A DNA stretch of 64,000 nt, taken from Bugula neritina. Taxonomy: Eukaryota; Animalia; Bryozoa. The DNA lies in contig OZ037765.1 of the NCBI GenBank assembly GCA_964035545.1, positions 5,900,698-5,964,697 on the forward strand, given 5' to 3'. The notes below the pieces were generated by a model. The model worked only from the letters and a program-made list of their open reading frames with translations. It ran no database searches and had not been told where the DNA came from. The position numbers were made by a program, and so were the translations under genes. Each line of letters starts with the position of its first letter. Position 1 is the first letter of the stretch. Below, one piece after another: positions 1 to 11,900 of the stretch.

Positions 1-13
1 TTTATTTTAGCAG

Positions 14-75
14 CTATTGGGACAGCAGTGTCTATTCTCCTGATGGTGCTATCCTTGATCAACCTTTTCTTATAA
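14..75 (+). CDS. Terminal exon of an upstream gene encoding a hydrophobic GPI-signal-like tail; probable tandem paralog of the SOD-repeat gene
   Basis: ttttagcag|CT ATT GGG ACA... reads (A)IGTAVSILLMVLSLINLFL*; same phase and near-identical start to the last exon at 8627 (ttgtag|CT ATT GGA CAA). Confidence 0.6.
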
Positions 76-763
76 TATAGTAGATAACTAGATCTCAAAG
101 ATAGTAATTCAGCATATATAATCCATGTACTAAATTTAGTATTTTTTACTTTTTCAAGTTTATTATAATCTTTTTGTTTGTTTATTGTTACAAAACTTTT
201 ACTAATCACAAATAAAGCTTTGCTTTAAAAAGTATTTTCTTGTTTTCTAATAAATGTGTATGTTTTATTTAAAGCTATCAAGAAACTTTTATATATTTGT
301 AATATTATACTTCATGAGTACAATTATTATATTTGATTAACTTCCATTGGCTGACAGACTGTAATGGTGTCCTTAAATCTCTACAGTTATGGAGGAAAAA
401 TGCACATTCAATCATTGTTTTTTTTTACCTTTTAATTAAGATAAGCTTGTTTCACAAATGTTACTACCAATTTGTTTCAACTTCTGTGATTGGTTAATTC
501 AGTCTCCACCAGTGCATGCAAAAAGTGTCATTTCACATACACTAAATTTAACATTTTTCCACGGTATTTAATAATAAACCAATAAGAAGAAAGGTTAAAG
601 GTTATTTCATAGTACATAACCAGAGTAATTTAATTAGTTGTGTTTGTAATAATTACACACTCTACTTATTTGGTATTGAAAGAGAGAATCTCTCAATAAG
701 CAACAAAGTAGTTTTTGCACTATACTGGAGTACTGTTTATCTTATCTGCATAAAAGAGAAGCT

Positions 764-3700
764 ATGAGTTGGATATTTCCTTTCCTCTTTTGTACACTTG
801 TGTTGAGTCAAGGTAAGATTAAATCATATGGTGCTACATATAATACCTGTCCCATTGCATTTTCAAGTGTTGCAGTGTTTTTTTTAGGGTAAGGAATTGT
901 TTTTATTCATGGAATAGTGAGAAAAGTTGGTGCTCCTCAAAATTTTAAATGCACAGACGATATTTTTATACTATTTTATAATCAAATATCATGTGTAAAA
1001 CTTCATAATTGACGACCTTTATATTCTATTCAAAGTGCAATTTTTATTTTATTATATTTATTTTTTAGAAGTAAGAAGTCAGAATATTCGTCCAAATTTT
1101 CAGCCAGCTGGACAAAACTTCCGACCAGCTGGACAAAGTTTTCAGTCTTTTGGCCAAAACCTTCAACCTAATGGACAGAACTTTCAGCAAAATGGACAAA
1201 GCTTTCAGCAAAATGGACAGAACTTTCAGCAAATCGGGCAAAATTTCCAACAAAGTAATCAAAACATCGGACAAAATGATATTCGAGCTTTCTTCAGCAT
1301 GGCAGGTGTAGCAGGAGATATTGAGTTTAGACCAGCTGGTTTCAACCAAACCCGAGCAATTATCAGTATTACTACTTCTCAATGGTTTCGCTGGGAGATT
1401 CGAGAGTTTCCAGTCATGACTACGGAGAAAAATGCTTGCGACGATATAAAACTTGGCAGAGTGTAAGTAATATTAAAAATTAAAAACTTTTTTAGTATCA
1501 ATGTTGTTGAACTAATGTAGTTTTATAATATCTTTTATCTAAGTTTGAGAAAAAAATTTAATCATATGATAAATTCCTTTCAAAGTCTTCAATTAATATA
1601 GCAAATTATTTTAAATGAAAAGTTAAATATTATAAGATACCAATAGGTTCAAATTAGCTGACAAATCTAGATCATTCTTTAATGTTTTATAGTATCCGGG
1701 ACTTATCAACATTTCTAAATGTAATAGACAGTAGAGTTCGCCAAGGAGAAACTGTGGACTTAAGAGGGGTGTCCCTAACAGAAGGAACTAATGCTATTCT
1801 TGGTAACATATTTTATTCTATGAGTTGATTAGAAAATTAAAGAGCATTTACATATTTCCTCTTTAATAAACTAAAACAGATCTGTTCATTACACATCTTC
1901 TCAAAATACAACATAAATTACAACCATATTTATTTAAATTATCGCTCACTAAGATATTGCTGCTATAATACTATATTTGCTAGGTTTGTGTGAAATGCTT
2001 TATCATAATTACATAAAATCCTATATGTCTAAAAATTAAATCATTCAAAAATATTATACCATGTGACTATGGTTAACACGCATGCAGTCATGTTATTGTT
2101 TTTTATCTATGCCTTATAGCTGGAAACTGATGAAATACAAAACCTTTTGTTTTGAAATTATTTTATCTAAATGTTTATAATCTGCTTTTACAGGTCGAAC
2201 TCTTCTCCTAAAGAATGGTAACACGAGAGCCTGTGCAACAATACAGGGTCCTGAGCCACTATCTTTTGCCCGTGTGCAGGGACCAATCTCCGGCAAAGTT
2301 CACATTCGTCAAGTTGGAAATCAATATGCTGTCTTCACGGATCTTTTTAGCACCAGATCCTCAGTTGCAAAACAAACTGCGTAAGTTTGCTTGAGTGTCA
2401 CACAGGCTAGGAAATTAAATCTAAGTCTATTTATTATTCATTTGATGAGTTCCTTTACTATCATGACTAATTACTTTTTAATAGACGAGATGTGACAGCA
2501 AAGTCAATAAGATTAGGTGAATGATTAGATTCAGTGGTGGAAATCAAAAACAGGATATTTAATTTGAGTTTCCTTAATTGTTTTGTACAAATAACTGGTT
2601 TGTTTTGACAGATTGAGACTGTACAGAGGAAATATAACTGTTGACCTACCTCAGGCACAAAGTCAATCTGTTGACGTCAGACGTAGGTGCTCCTATGTGT
2701 CAGGTATGAACATGGTGTCTCAGATCATCAATGTCCCTGTCGCTGCCGCCGGTTCCAGCGCCAGATTCATGATCCATGTACAACCTAACGTCAACTCTAT
2801 CGATATTCTGAGTAAGTGATATTTTGTCACATGAGTTATGTATGCTATTATGTATTATAGCTATACTCTTAACTGCATATAAAAAATTATATTACTGTAT
2901 ATTATTTAGAGAGTTAAAATATTTCATTTTTTTGCTTTTTAAACTGCTATAAAAACTTGTACAATGACTTATATTGATTTCATGCTATATTTATATTGGT
3001 TTCATGCTATACTTATATTGGTTTTATGCTATACTTATATTGGTTTTATGCTATACTTATATTGGTTTCATGCTATATTTATATTGGTTTCATGCTCTAC
3101 TTATATTGGTTTTATGCTATACTTATATTGGTTTTATGCTATACTTATATTGGTTTATGATATACTTATATTGGTTTTATGCTATACTTATATTGGTTTT
3201 ATGCTATATTTATCTCATTTGCATTCTACAATAATAGCATTATGCTAATATATACCACAATTTACCATCAATTATATTTATTAGTAGTATATAATAATTG
3301 TAATAACTGGTTATTAAAAATATCTTACTTTATTACATCCTATAATATACTCTATTATCGTATACATAATAATACAGGGTTTGATTTCATTGTAAAACAC
3401 ACACATATATATTCAGGTGGCTGGCTAAAGATTGGTTCCAATGCAGACACTTCCTGTGCCAACCTTCACCTCTACGAGTCTAAAACAGTGCAGGCAGTAT
3501 TTAGCAGAAATGGTGTGAATGGCTTCATGGTTTTCAAACAGGATAATCCTTACAAACCTACAATGGTGCAGGTGGACTTGCAGGTAAAACTCTACAGTCG
3601 GTTTTTACCTGCGACAACCAGTGTTGTTTTTCTACGTTCTATTAGGTACCATACAATCAAGTTAGTTTCAGCTCATAATAAAAATAAAATGCGCGACAAA

Positions 3701-6700
3701 TTTTTTAATATTGTGGAGTAAATTTATATCACGCATGAAAATTCATTTGCGTATCTCAGTGAATATCATATAGTCAATATAGTAAAATTCCCATTGTAGT
3801 TTACTACATAAACTATGCTACAATAATTTCATAGGTTTTACCCTTTAAATTTAGCACCAAATGCTAACCACTTACATTTTTCTTAATTCCGAAATTGGAA
3901 TTATTTTTACTTGGCACTGATGTAGTATTAGCAGTACACCACATTGTACTAGTGAATGCATTATATTGTGTAGAAACTGAACAACCGAGCTGGTGGTTAC
4001 CATGTGCACCTGTTTCCACTGCCATATGAGTTCTCCATGAGCAGTAACCTCTGTGGCTCGGACATAACCTCTGGCCACTTCAACCCCTTCAACAAACCGG
4101 CTAGGGGAGGGACCACCCAGGAAGAATTTGAGGTAATAATCATGAGTCAACACTTCCTGTATAAACTATGTCTTGTGTTAGAATTATTATTAGAAATGTA
4201 ATGATTACATAATGTACAAGATAATGTATGAAGTTTCGTTGTACACCGCAAGAATAAAACCCTTTGTATTAGATACTTACATTGATGTTCAGCTTTTTTG
4301 GAATCTACTGCTTATTAGGCTTTTCTGAAAGATACAATAGGTGTGTCTATCTTTTAGCTTGGTGACTTGAGTAACAAACACGGCTCTCTGGCCAACCGTA
4401 GAGACATCAACCAGACGTACACCGACTTGTATCTGCCTCTGTTTGGTGAGCACAGCATTGTGGGACGCTCCGTTGTAATACATTCACCAACAGGAACCAG
4501 ATGGATGTGTGCCAATATTGGATATCCTGGACCAGTTACTGTTGCTAAAGCAGAGTTTAATGGAGATGTTGAAGGTAAGACTGTTGTTGCCTTCTATTTG
4601 CTGCTTTTTTCTGTTAATATATAACTGAGTTGTCGGAATATTCCAGGCTTTAATTATTAACTACAACAGGCACCATAACATTTGCTAACTTATTGAATGT
4701 TGGACAATTCTATTATCTACCTACAGGCACCATAACTTTTGTCCAAGAGGAGAACAAGCCATGGGCTGACACTGCACTATTCATTGAGATGTCAGATGCA
4801 GGGGAGACAATTCAAACTACATTCAATCACAATTATCACATTCATACCAACCCCGTTGGCAATGACTATTTGGCAAAGACCAGACGCTGTGCTTCTACTG
4901 GTGGTCATTGGAACCCCTTCAATGCTCCAGTTACAGGTAAGACTTATTACACTGATGGGTTTTTATGTCTTGTGTATTGCTTAGAAAATATAAATTGATT
5001 TAAATTTTGTCCTTCAAGTAAGAACTGCTTAGCATCTCATTTAATGGTTAGTTCTTGTTTAGTTAAAATTGTGCGTTCAGTAAGTTGTAGAAAATATTCA
5101 TAACTGTTGAAAATTAGTCAAGACAAAAAAAGACACTAGGTGTTAGCAATCTTTGTATATATTTTTTAAAAATATTGCTAAGGCTTACATTACACAACCC
5201 ACTCCATTGAATGATTAAATTTTGCAAATTATGATTTGTGTCTGCTTGGGAACTAAGCATAATTTTTCATACCTGTTGATATATTATACTCTTTGAAGAA
5301 TGTTGCTAAGTTAGTAATAGTTGTATTGTATAACTATCAATAATTAATCATAATTTTATATCAATTGCTATTAAATTACAGTTACGGTAATTACAGTAAT
5401 TTAGCTATATAGTTTAAATTGAAGGAGTTAACTTTATATCCATAACTATAGAAATTATGACCCGTGACACTTTGTTACAGATTCTCGAGTGTACATACCA
5501 ACCTGTGCTGCCAATAGACTGGGCTGTGAAGTAGGAGACCTTAGCAACAAATATAATGAGACAATAAACATAGCAGCAGGTCTAACTTCTGCCAAGTACT
5601 TCTATACAGATAATATTCCTCTGTCTGGTGCCTACTCTGTTATAAAGAGATCTGTTACCATCCACCAACAGCAGAAAGCTGCAGCCAGATATGTCTGTGC
5701 AGACATTGTCAAGAAGGTGAGTTGTATAGTGATTAACATTTTCATCTAATATATTATATACACATATTTACTGCTTACTAATATTGTTGTTAACTCTGTT
5801 CTTTCAGCTGACACCAGTGATAACAACAGAGAACAGGTGGCATGGAGCTGGAAGAAGTTCTGACACTACAACCGGTAGAGTTATGATGTCATCAACTGGA
5901 CTCAACTCTGCAATCAGTTCTCTAGTTGTCTCTTTCAATGGTCTAAATAACAGAGCTGGAATGTACCACATCAATGAACTGCCTCTTGGCACTTTACAGC
6001 AAGGAAATAATATCTGCGATACAACCGGTCAACATTACAACCCCTTGAGTGAGTTCTTAGTTTATGTTTATTGTTGAATGCCAGCTTTTCTCCTTCTGGC
6101 ATCAATTTCTTTGGTTTAAAATTTGCCATTACGGTCAGACAAGTGGGTGCCAGAGAGACTTGTGATGAGTACCTCTTTTTGTAAAGCAGTTCTGGTATGT
6201 GTGCGTATCTGATAGATCTGCTGTGTTCCAAAATAGACAAAGTATTATGAATAACAAACTGAGCGTAGTATAACATAAGAGCAATGAAGTGTGGTATACA
6301 ACAGAAGCTATGACGTGTAGTATACAAGTGTGCTAATAATATCATGTCACAATAGGAGCTATGAAGTGGCAGCAATCTGACTCTCTAGACCACTATGAAG
6401 TTGGAGATCTGTCAACCAAGTTTGGCTTATTGGCAAACAGACAGTCCTACAGACTGCAGGTAAAACGACAGCATGCTTGTGTGACTTATGTTTCTGCATT
6501 CATTGTTATATTTTTATATAATAGATCAAGTGATAAAGTTGCGTGAATTATTGGAATGTATGCCTGTTGTTCACAGACAGTCGACACAAATCTACCTCTT
6601 GGTGGTGCATACTCCGTAGCTGGTAGGAGCGTTGTTATACATGATTCATCTTCACCACCAGCTAAATGGAAATGCACAAACTTGATTTGGGATACTCGGG

Positions 6701-8688
6701 CTATGAATGGAACTTTACTCAGAGCTAGGGCTGATTTCATCGGAGAAATTCAAGGCTACATTGAAATGGTGAGCATAGAATTGTTTACAACCAATAGAAA
6801 TTTTACGTACTGCAATATAGTGTTTGAAGGATACCTGAAAGATAACTAATAAGGTTTAAGCACTTCACACTATATTTTATTTAAAGTTTCTTAAATATAG
6901 ATCATATACTTGAATATAATTGCATTCTTACACTGTAATAAGTCTATCATTAAATTTTAGTCCCAAGTGGTGGCTATAGATGGAGAAAGTGAAGTGTCTA
7001 TTGAAATCGTGCTCTGGTACACAAACAGACAGCAACCTACGACCAACCACAACTGGCACATCCATGAGTCAAGCATACAAAATAATAACTGCGCTACTTC
7101 TGGGCCACACTACAACCCATTCCTTAAAAAGACTGGTGCTGCGGTTAGTATAACACATTCTACTTGGTAAAGCTGTCGGTATTTAGTTTATGACTTGCAA
7201 TAAAGCTAATAGTTGTGTGAAATTGGAGAAATGGTAGAACAAAATAGCTAGTATTTTCAAAAATGTTGCAGAGCTACCGAAGTTGTGGCGTACAAACACC
7301 AAGAAAATGTGAAATGGGGGATATGGCCGGAAAGTTTGGAAGAATAGATATTGGTACTAGGGCTAAACCAAGCAGATATGTGTTCAATGACAACTTTTTG
7401 ACTCTAAATGGAAAGTTTTCAGGTAAATGTTTATATAAATTTACTTATTTTTATATAATATAGTGAAAAAAAATTTTGGGCTTTCAATGCTAATAACTTA
7501 GGCATATGTATGTTTGTTGAAAATTTTACCCATGTTGTTTTGGAGATGAAACTCAACGTTAATGAGCCGTAGCCATTCGGGTGCTTTGATTTGAGTTTCT
7601 TGCTTACAGCTTCTCATAGTTTCTGTGCTATTTCAATGCTGTTTTGTTAATTCTACATCTTGGGGATTATATTTCAGTCTTGGGAAAATCTATAGTCATC
7701 CATTCAGCCAATCAAGGAGCTGCTAAAGTTGCATGTGCTGACCTTGCTCCAACCGGCCAATCAACACAAGTTATTCAATTCTTCATGAGATCCGGCACCA
7801 ACTCAGTAACGTGAGCAATTACATTAGTTATTCTTTTAGTTGCAAATAAACCCTAAAACCCATGTCTGATTGTGATAACAAATTAGCAACAAATAAAATT
7901 ATAGAGCTGCTGTTTTTTCCTTTCAGGAGTAAACTACAAAATGCCATAAAGAGCCAACTAAACACTGACCAATACCACAACGTCTACGTGAAAGCTGGGG
8001 CACAAAAAGGTGGCTGCACTCCAGTGAGTGTGCATTTTACAGGTGAGTTTGATTACTGCTTCTGCTACCCAGTCAGTGTCTAAACACTCAAATGATGAGT
8101 AACGTATTTACAATCAACATTACATAAACAGAATGTGACAGCATTCACAGTTTTTGCTTTATGCTACCAAAGTTCAGAATTCTAATGCATTACACGAAAC
8201 ATAAACTGGTCATGTGATGATGTATTTCCTGTATGCTGCAGGTGCTCGAGCTGCTGAGCTGAAGAATCGTTTTAATCCTGGTGCTGTGGTTGATCAGTCT
8301 GTCAATGCGGATTCGTGCAATGGAGGTATGTAATCCACTCCAGTATTATGTAATATGTCTGTAATAATTGGCAGGTTTGTTTTTGTTAATGAAGTTACTA
8401 AAAATAAAACTCTAAGTAATCAAAATAGGCAAACAAATTTTGTATCGCTTTTTTGAAGCCCCAACATTAGTTTCCTTTATTATAACTGTCTAGAATAAAA
8501 TGTAAACTCATTGAATATATATTATAATTGAGCATGTTTTTATAATAGTGTTTTCATGAAATATTTTTTGCTTTGTATCATTTTATTTCAAAGAATAAAT
8601 AGCATTGTATGTTATTTTTGTTGTAGCTATTGGACAAACATACCTGCCTGGATTGCTATTCATCCTGATGGCTGTGCTTTCTATATAG
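764..8688 (+). CDS. Copper-only superoxide dismutase repeat protein (multi-domain Cu/Zn-SOD fold), signal peptide plus GPI-like tail, ~1064 aa
   Basis: 19 phase-compatible GT-AG exons: 764-812, 1069-1462, 1693-1802, 2194-2380, 2612-2811, 3417-3583, 3974-4132, 4358-4574, 4727-4936, 5481-5716, 5808-6048, 6356-6459, 6577-6768, 6961-7143, 7272-7422, 7678-7810, 7927-8042, 8242-8325, 8627-8688 (3195 nt). N-terminus MSWIFPFLFCTLVLSQEVRS; four SOD motif sets (e.g. YHVH...GHFNPF...ELGDL...GRSVVIH...RWMCA); C-terminus CNGAIGQTYLPGLLFILMAVLSI*. Confidence 0.92.
1095..1278 (+). repeat. Coding 21-bp (7-aa NFQQNGQ-type) tandem repeat
   Basis: NFQPAGQ NFRPAGQ SFQSFGQ NLQPNGQ NFQQNGQ SFQQNGQ NFQQIGQ NFQQSNQ in exon 2. 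Confidence 0.9.
2967..3213. repeat. Intronic 22-bp minisatellite, about 11 copies
   Basis: Unit gctatacttatattggttttat repeated with few substitutions. Confidence 0.95.
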
Positions 8689-8911
8689 TATTTAGATCTT
8701 TATTCTATAATCTATAAATTTTTACTCTATAGTTTATAAACCCATATTCTATAAACTAAAGAATGTGTTAAAGCTATGTACAGTTTTTATTGCCATATTA
8801 TTACTGCTTTTTATTAATTAAGACACATTTACTGATTTATGCAACAGTTTATTTTTAAAATAAAACAATAAAACATTTATAACAGGAAAAAAACAACAAA
8901 TATTGAGTCCA

Positions 8912-11900
8912 TTACTGTTCATTCAACTTCATATTAAAGAAGGTGGAAACTGCATCCGGTTCCTCAAGGTCAAGGTTAAGCATGTGTTCCACAACTGACT
9001 TCTTCGATTGCATTAGTTTATTCTTGTTAGCAATGGCAATCTGTCTTGAAACCTTGTACTCATCCGTGGCCTACAAATACACAACCTAAACATAGACGGC
9101 TGCACAATAAGCAACATCAGCCAAAGCAAAAAATTAGATTAATCTGATAATTTATAAAAACTTTACAAATAGGCATAACTAATGGTTAGGAGAGTTAAAA
9201 TCAAACATGACAATACCAACAGCTGACTGTGAGGACAATATTATTGCATAAGAGAAAAAATGTATTATGACATTCCAACAGCATTGAAAACTTTTGTTAT
9301 ATTATTACGGCTTTAATTGGAGTTTCATAGCCATATCTGTATTTCGTTTGCTTATGTACAGCTATTTTGGCTACCACAAAAAAGCTGTTTTTTAAATTAT
9401 TATAAACCCAGCACTTTATGTCATTCATTCACTTTCATTCAGTCTTTGGTGGTAAATACACATCTCTATCAAAACACAACAAAGTGTAAAATATGTTAGT
9501 ATCAAATTCTCAAGTAATGTTCAGGCTTTATATCACACCAAATACTAAAACCATGTACCACCCAGTATATGACATTCCAATCACTACGTTATGGTCAGTA
9601 CCTGAGCTCCGTGCACCAAACAGTCTTGGGAAATCTCAAGAATTTGTGCGACAGCGGCAGCATGGCTGATCTCTGCAGCTCCGTCTACCAACTCGTACAG
9701 ATAAACCAACTTCCCATCCTCCAGATGAGTCTCCATCATCTAAAGCAGAATAACAACACCTTAAATATGTGGTTACCATGGTTACCTTTCCCTCAACAAA
9801 TACCCAAATCCATTGTGGAAACCAGTGCAGAGAAACCAATTAGTCTTAGATTGGGGAGAGGGAAGTATTTTCTCTAATTAAGTAAATTCTGCAACTACCA
9901 AATAAAGAGATTAGTGAATAAATTACCTTGAGAGAAGTGAGGGGAGACTGTTTTATCCAGCTGGATTTGACTATAGAGTGGAAGTGAGTGGCTAGCAGCA
10001 CATGGGGGCAAGAGCCGGCACCAGAGTCTATCCAGTGCTTCAGGAAGGCCAGCAATAGAGAGACACCATCGACCTGCAGGAGAAACATTTGGTGACATAT
10101 TAGACCATATAAGATTGCATAATAACAGAAATACGGTGCAGATTAGATAAATTGCAGAACATGTGTATTCTAACAGTGGAAAAAGGTGCATGAGGGTAAT
10201 TATAGAATGTGTATAGATGTCATTGTGGGGAATGGTTTCTAATTCTAATACTTCACTGGTCATAATGTAGGACGCGGGTTGATTGTGCAGGAGAAGATAA
10301 TTCTAGTAATTTATATAATGTGCATTTTGCTAAAGCAATGCAAGAAAAGTTCCATAACTTCTGCTATTTTTAAGAAACCAAAAACAAAGCAAGTTTTCCT
10401 AACTCCTTCTATCAGGACTTGCTGTAGAGGTTACTGAGTACGTACTGGACACGTGCCTTTGCCAAACTCGTCTAGTACCACCAAGGAGCTCCTTGTTGCA
10501 TTGCTGACAATGGCAGCCATTCTGCTGAGGTCAGCAGTGAAGGTCGAGACGTCAGCATTTATGGAGTCAGTTGTAGGGAAGTGAGTATAAATAGCGTCAA
10601 TAAGGCATATGTCAGCTGACTCTGCCGGTACAAGGCAGCCAATGTGAGCAAGATACACTATGATGATAGCCTGGGAAATATACAATATGAGGATAGTCTG
10701 AGAAAGATGCACTTTTCTTACCATTTATAAGCTTTAGTTTCTAACTACATATACATTCATGTAGTGTCTAACCAAATCAGAAAAGATACAAATTTCTTAT
10801 AATTTGTAAGCATTAATTTGTAAACTATGCATGTCATGTCAAAATTTCAATATATCGAAAAATTAAAATGCAAAAAAAGTTCACCTCAAAACCAACAACA
10901 ATGTAATCATAGATTTCCAATACAAAACATGTTTATAATAAGTTAACCAGTTACAGAGTAACAAGATAAATTGTAAAGCTGAAAGAGTAGGAAAATAAGT
11001 GGGACATTAGGAAATATTTCAACCTGATTTCACTTTGCCGAGCTGGTGGAAGTTTACTAGCAGCTGGCACAGAGGTAATTGTAGAGAGACATGCACTGAC
11101 TTGTGCCATTTACATAATAGGAAACACAAGTTAATGCAAGAATTATGGAATGTCTATTACACAGGCACTAAACATATAATTGAAACATAACACAATTAAC
11201 TTAATTAACAAAAGAAATAAAATAGACTAAATTGAATCATAGTTATTGTTTCTACTGGTACAGTTGAGTTTGGGAAATATATTAAAAGAGAAATAAAATG
11301 CAAATTGAACATAGATCTTCTATGAATTGAATTTTTTTTAGTGGAGTATTATGTTTGTTGCATGTCACACATATGCATATTTGCATATTTTGATTTTGCT
11401 TCCAAATTTCAGTAAAACAAAGATATTTCAATTAGATAAATGTATATATCATATATTATATATAACAGTCAATATAAAGCTAGGATATTGCATAACATAG
11501 TAAATATGTAATATTATTGTATTTTCATTTTTGTCTTGTCAGTGACAAATTGAATTTCAACTCATCTGGCAAAGCACTTTACAAAACTTGACTCTCTGAA
11601 TGTTCAGAGTTTTGGCTCAACCACAAATCTCTAGAAGTAATAAACTGAAGAGTTTTTAAAAAGTAACAAATAAATTGTGTTTGAAAAACCTTCAAGTTGC
11701 AAGGTTGGCTTTTGAAAATTTGCCAGCACTTGCCGTAAGAGCAAGATACTTAAGAAGTAAACTGGTATTATTACTGAATCTATTAGATTGGATTGGAAAA
11801 TAAAAGAAACATGATTGATTACCCTATTACTACTCACGAAACATGGAAGTTATGACTCAGGTTAAGTGGCTGCGTATTTTCAGCAGGGCTAATGACAGAA

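Noticed and set aside
1065-1382. Leu-rich antisense ORF
   Set aside because: Mirror of the Q/N repeat exon.
2964-3248. Hydrophobic repetitive ORFs (MLYLYWF...)
   Set aside because: Translation of the 22-bp intronic minisatellite.
6162-6212. C/D-box-like GTGATGA...CTGA in an intron
   Set aside because: Too short, no convincing terminal stem or recognisable guide sequence.
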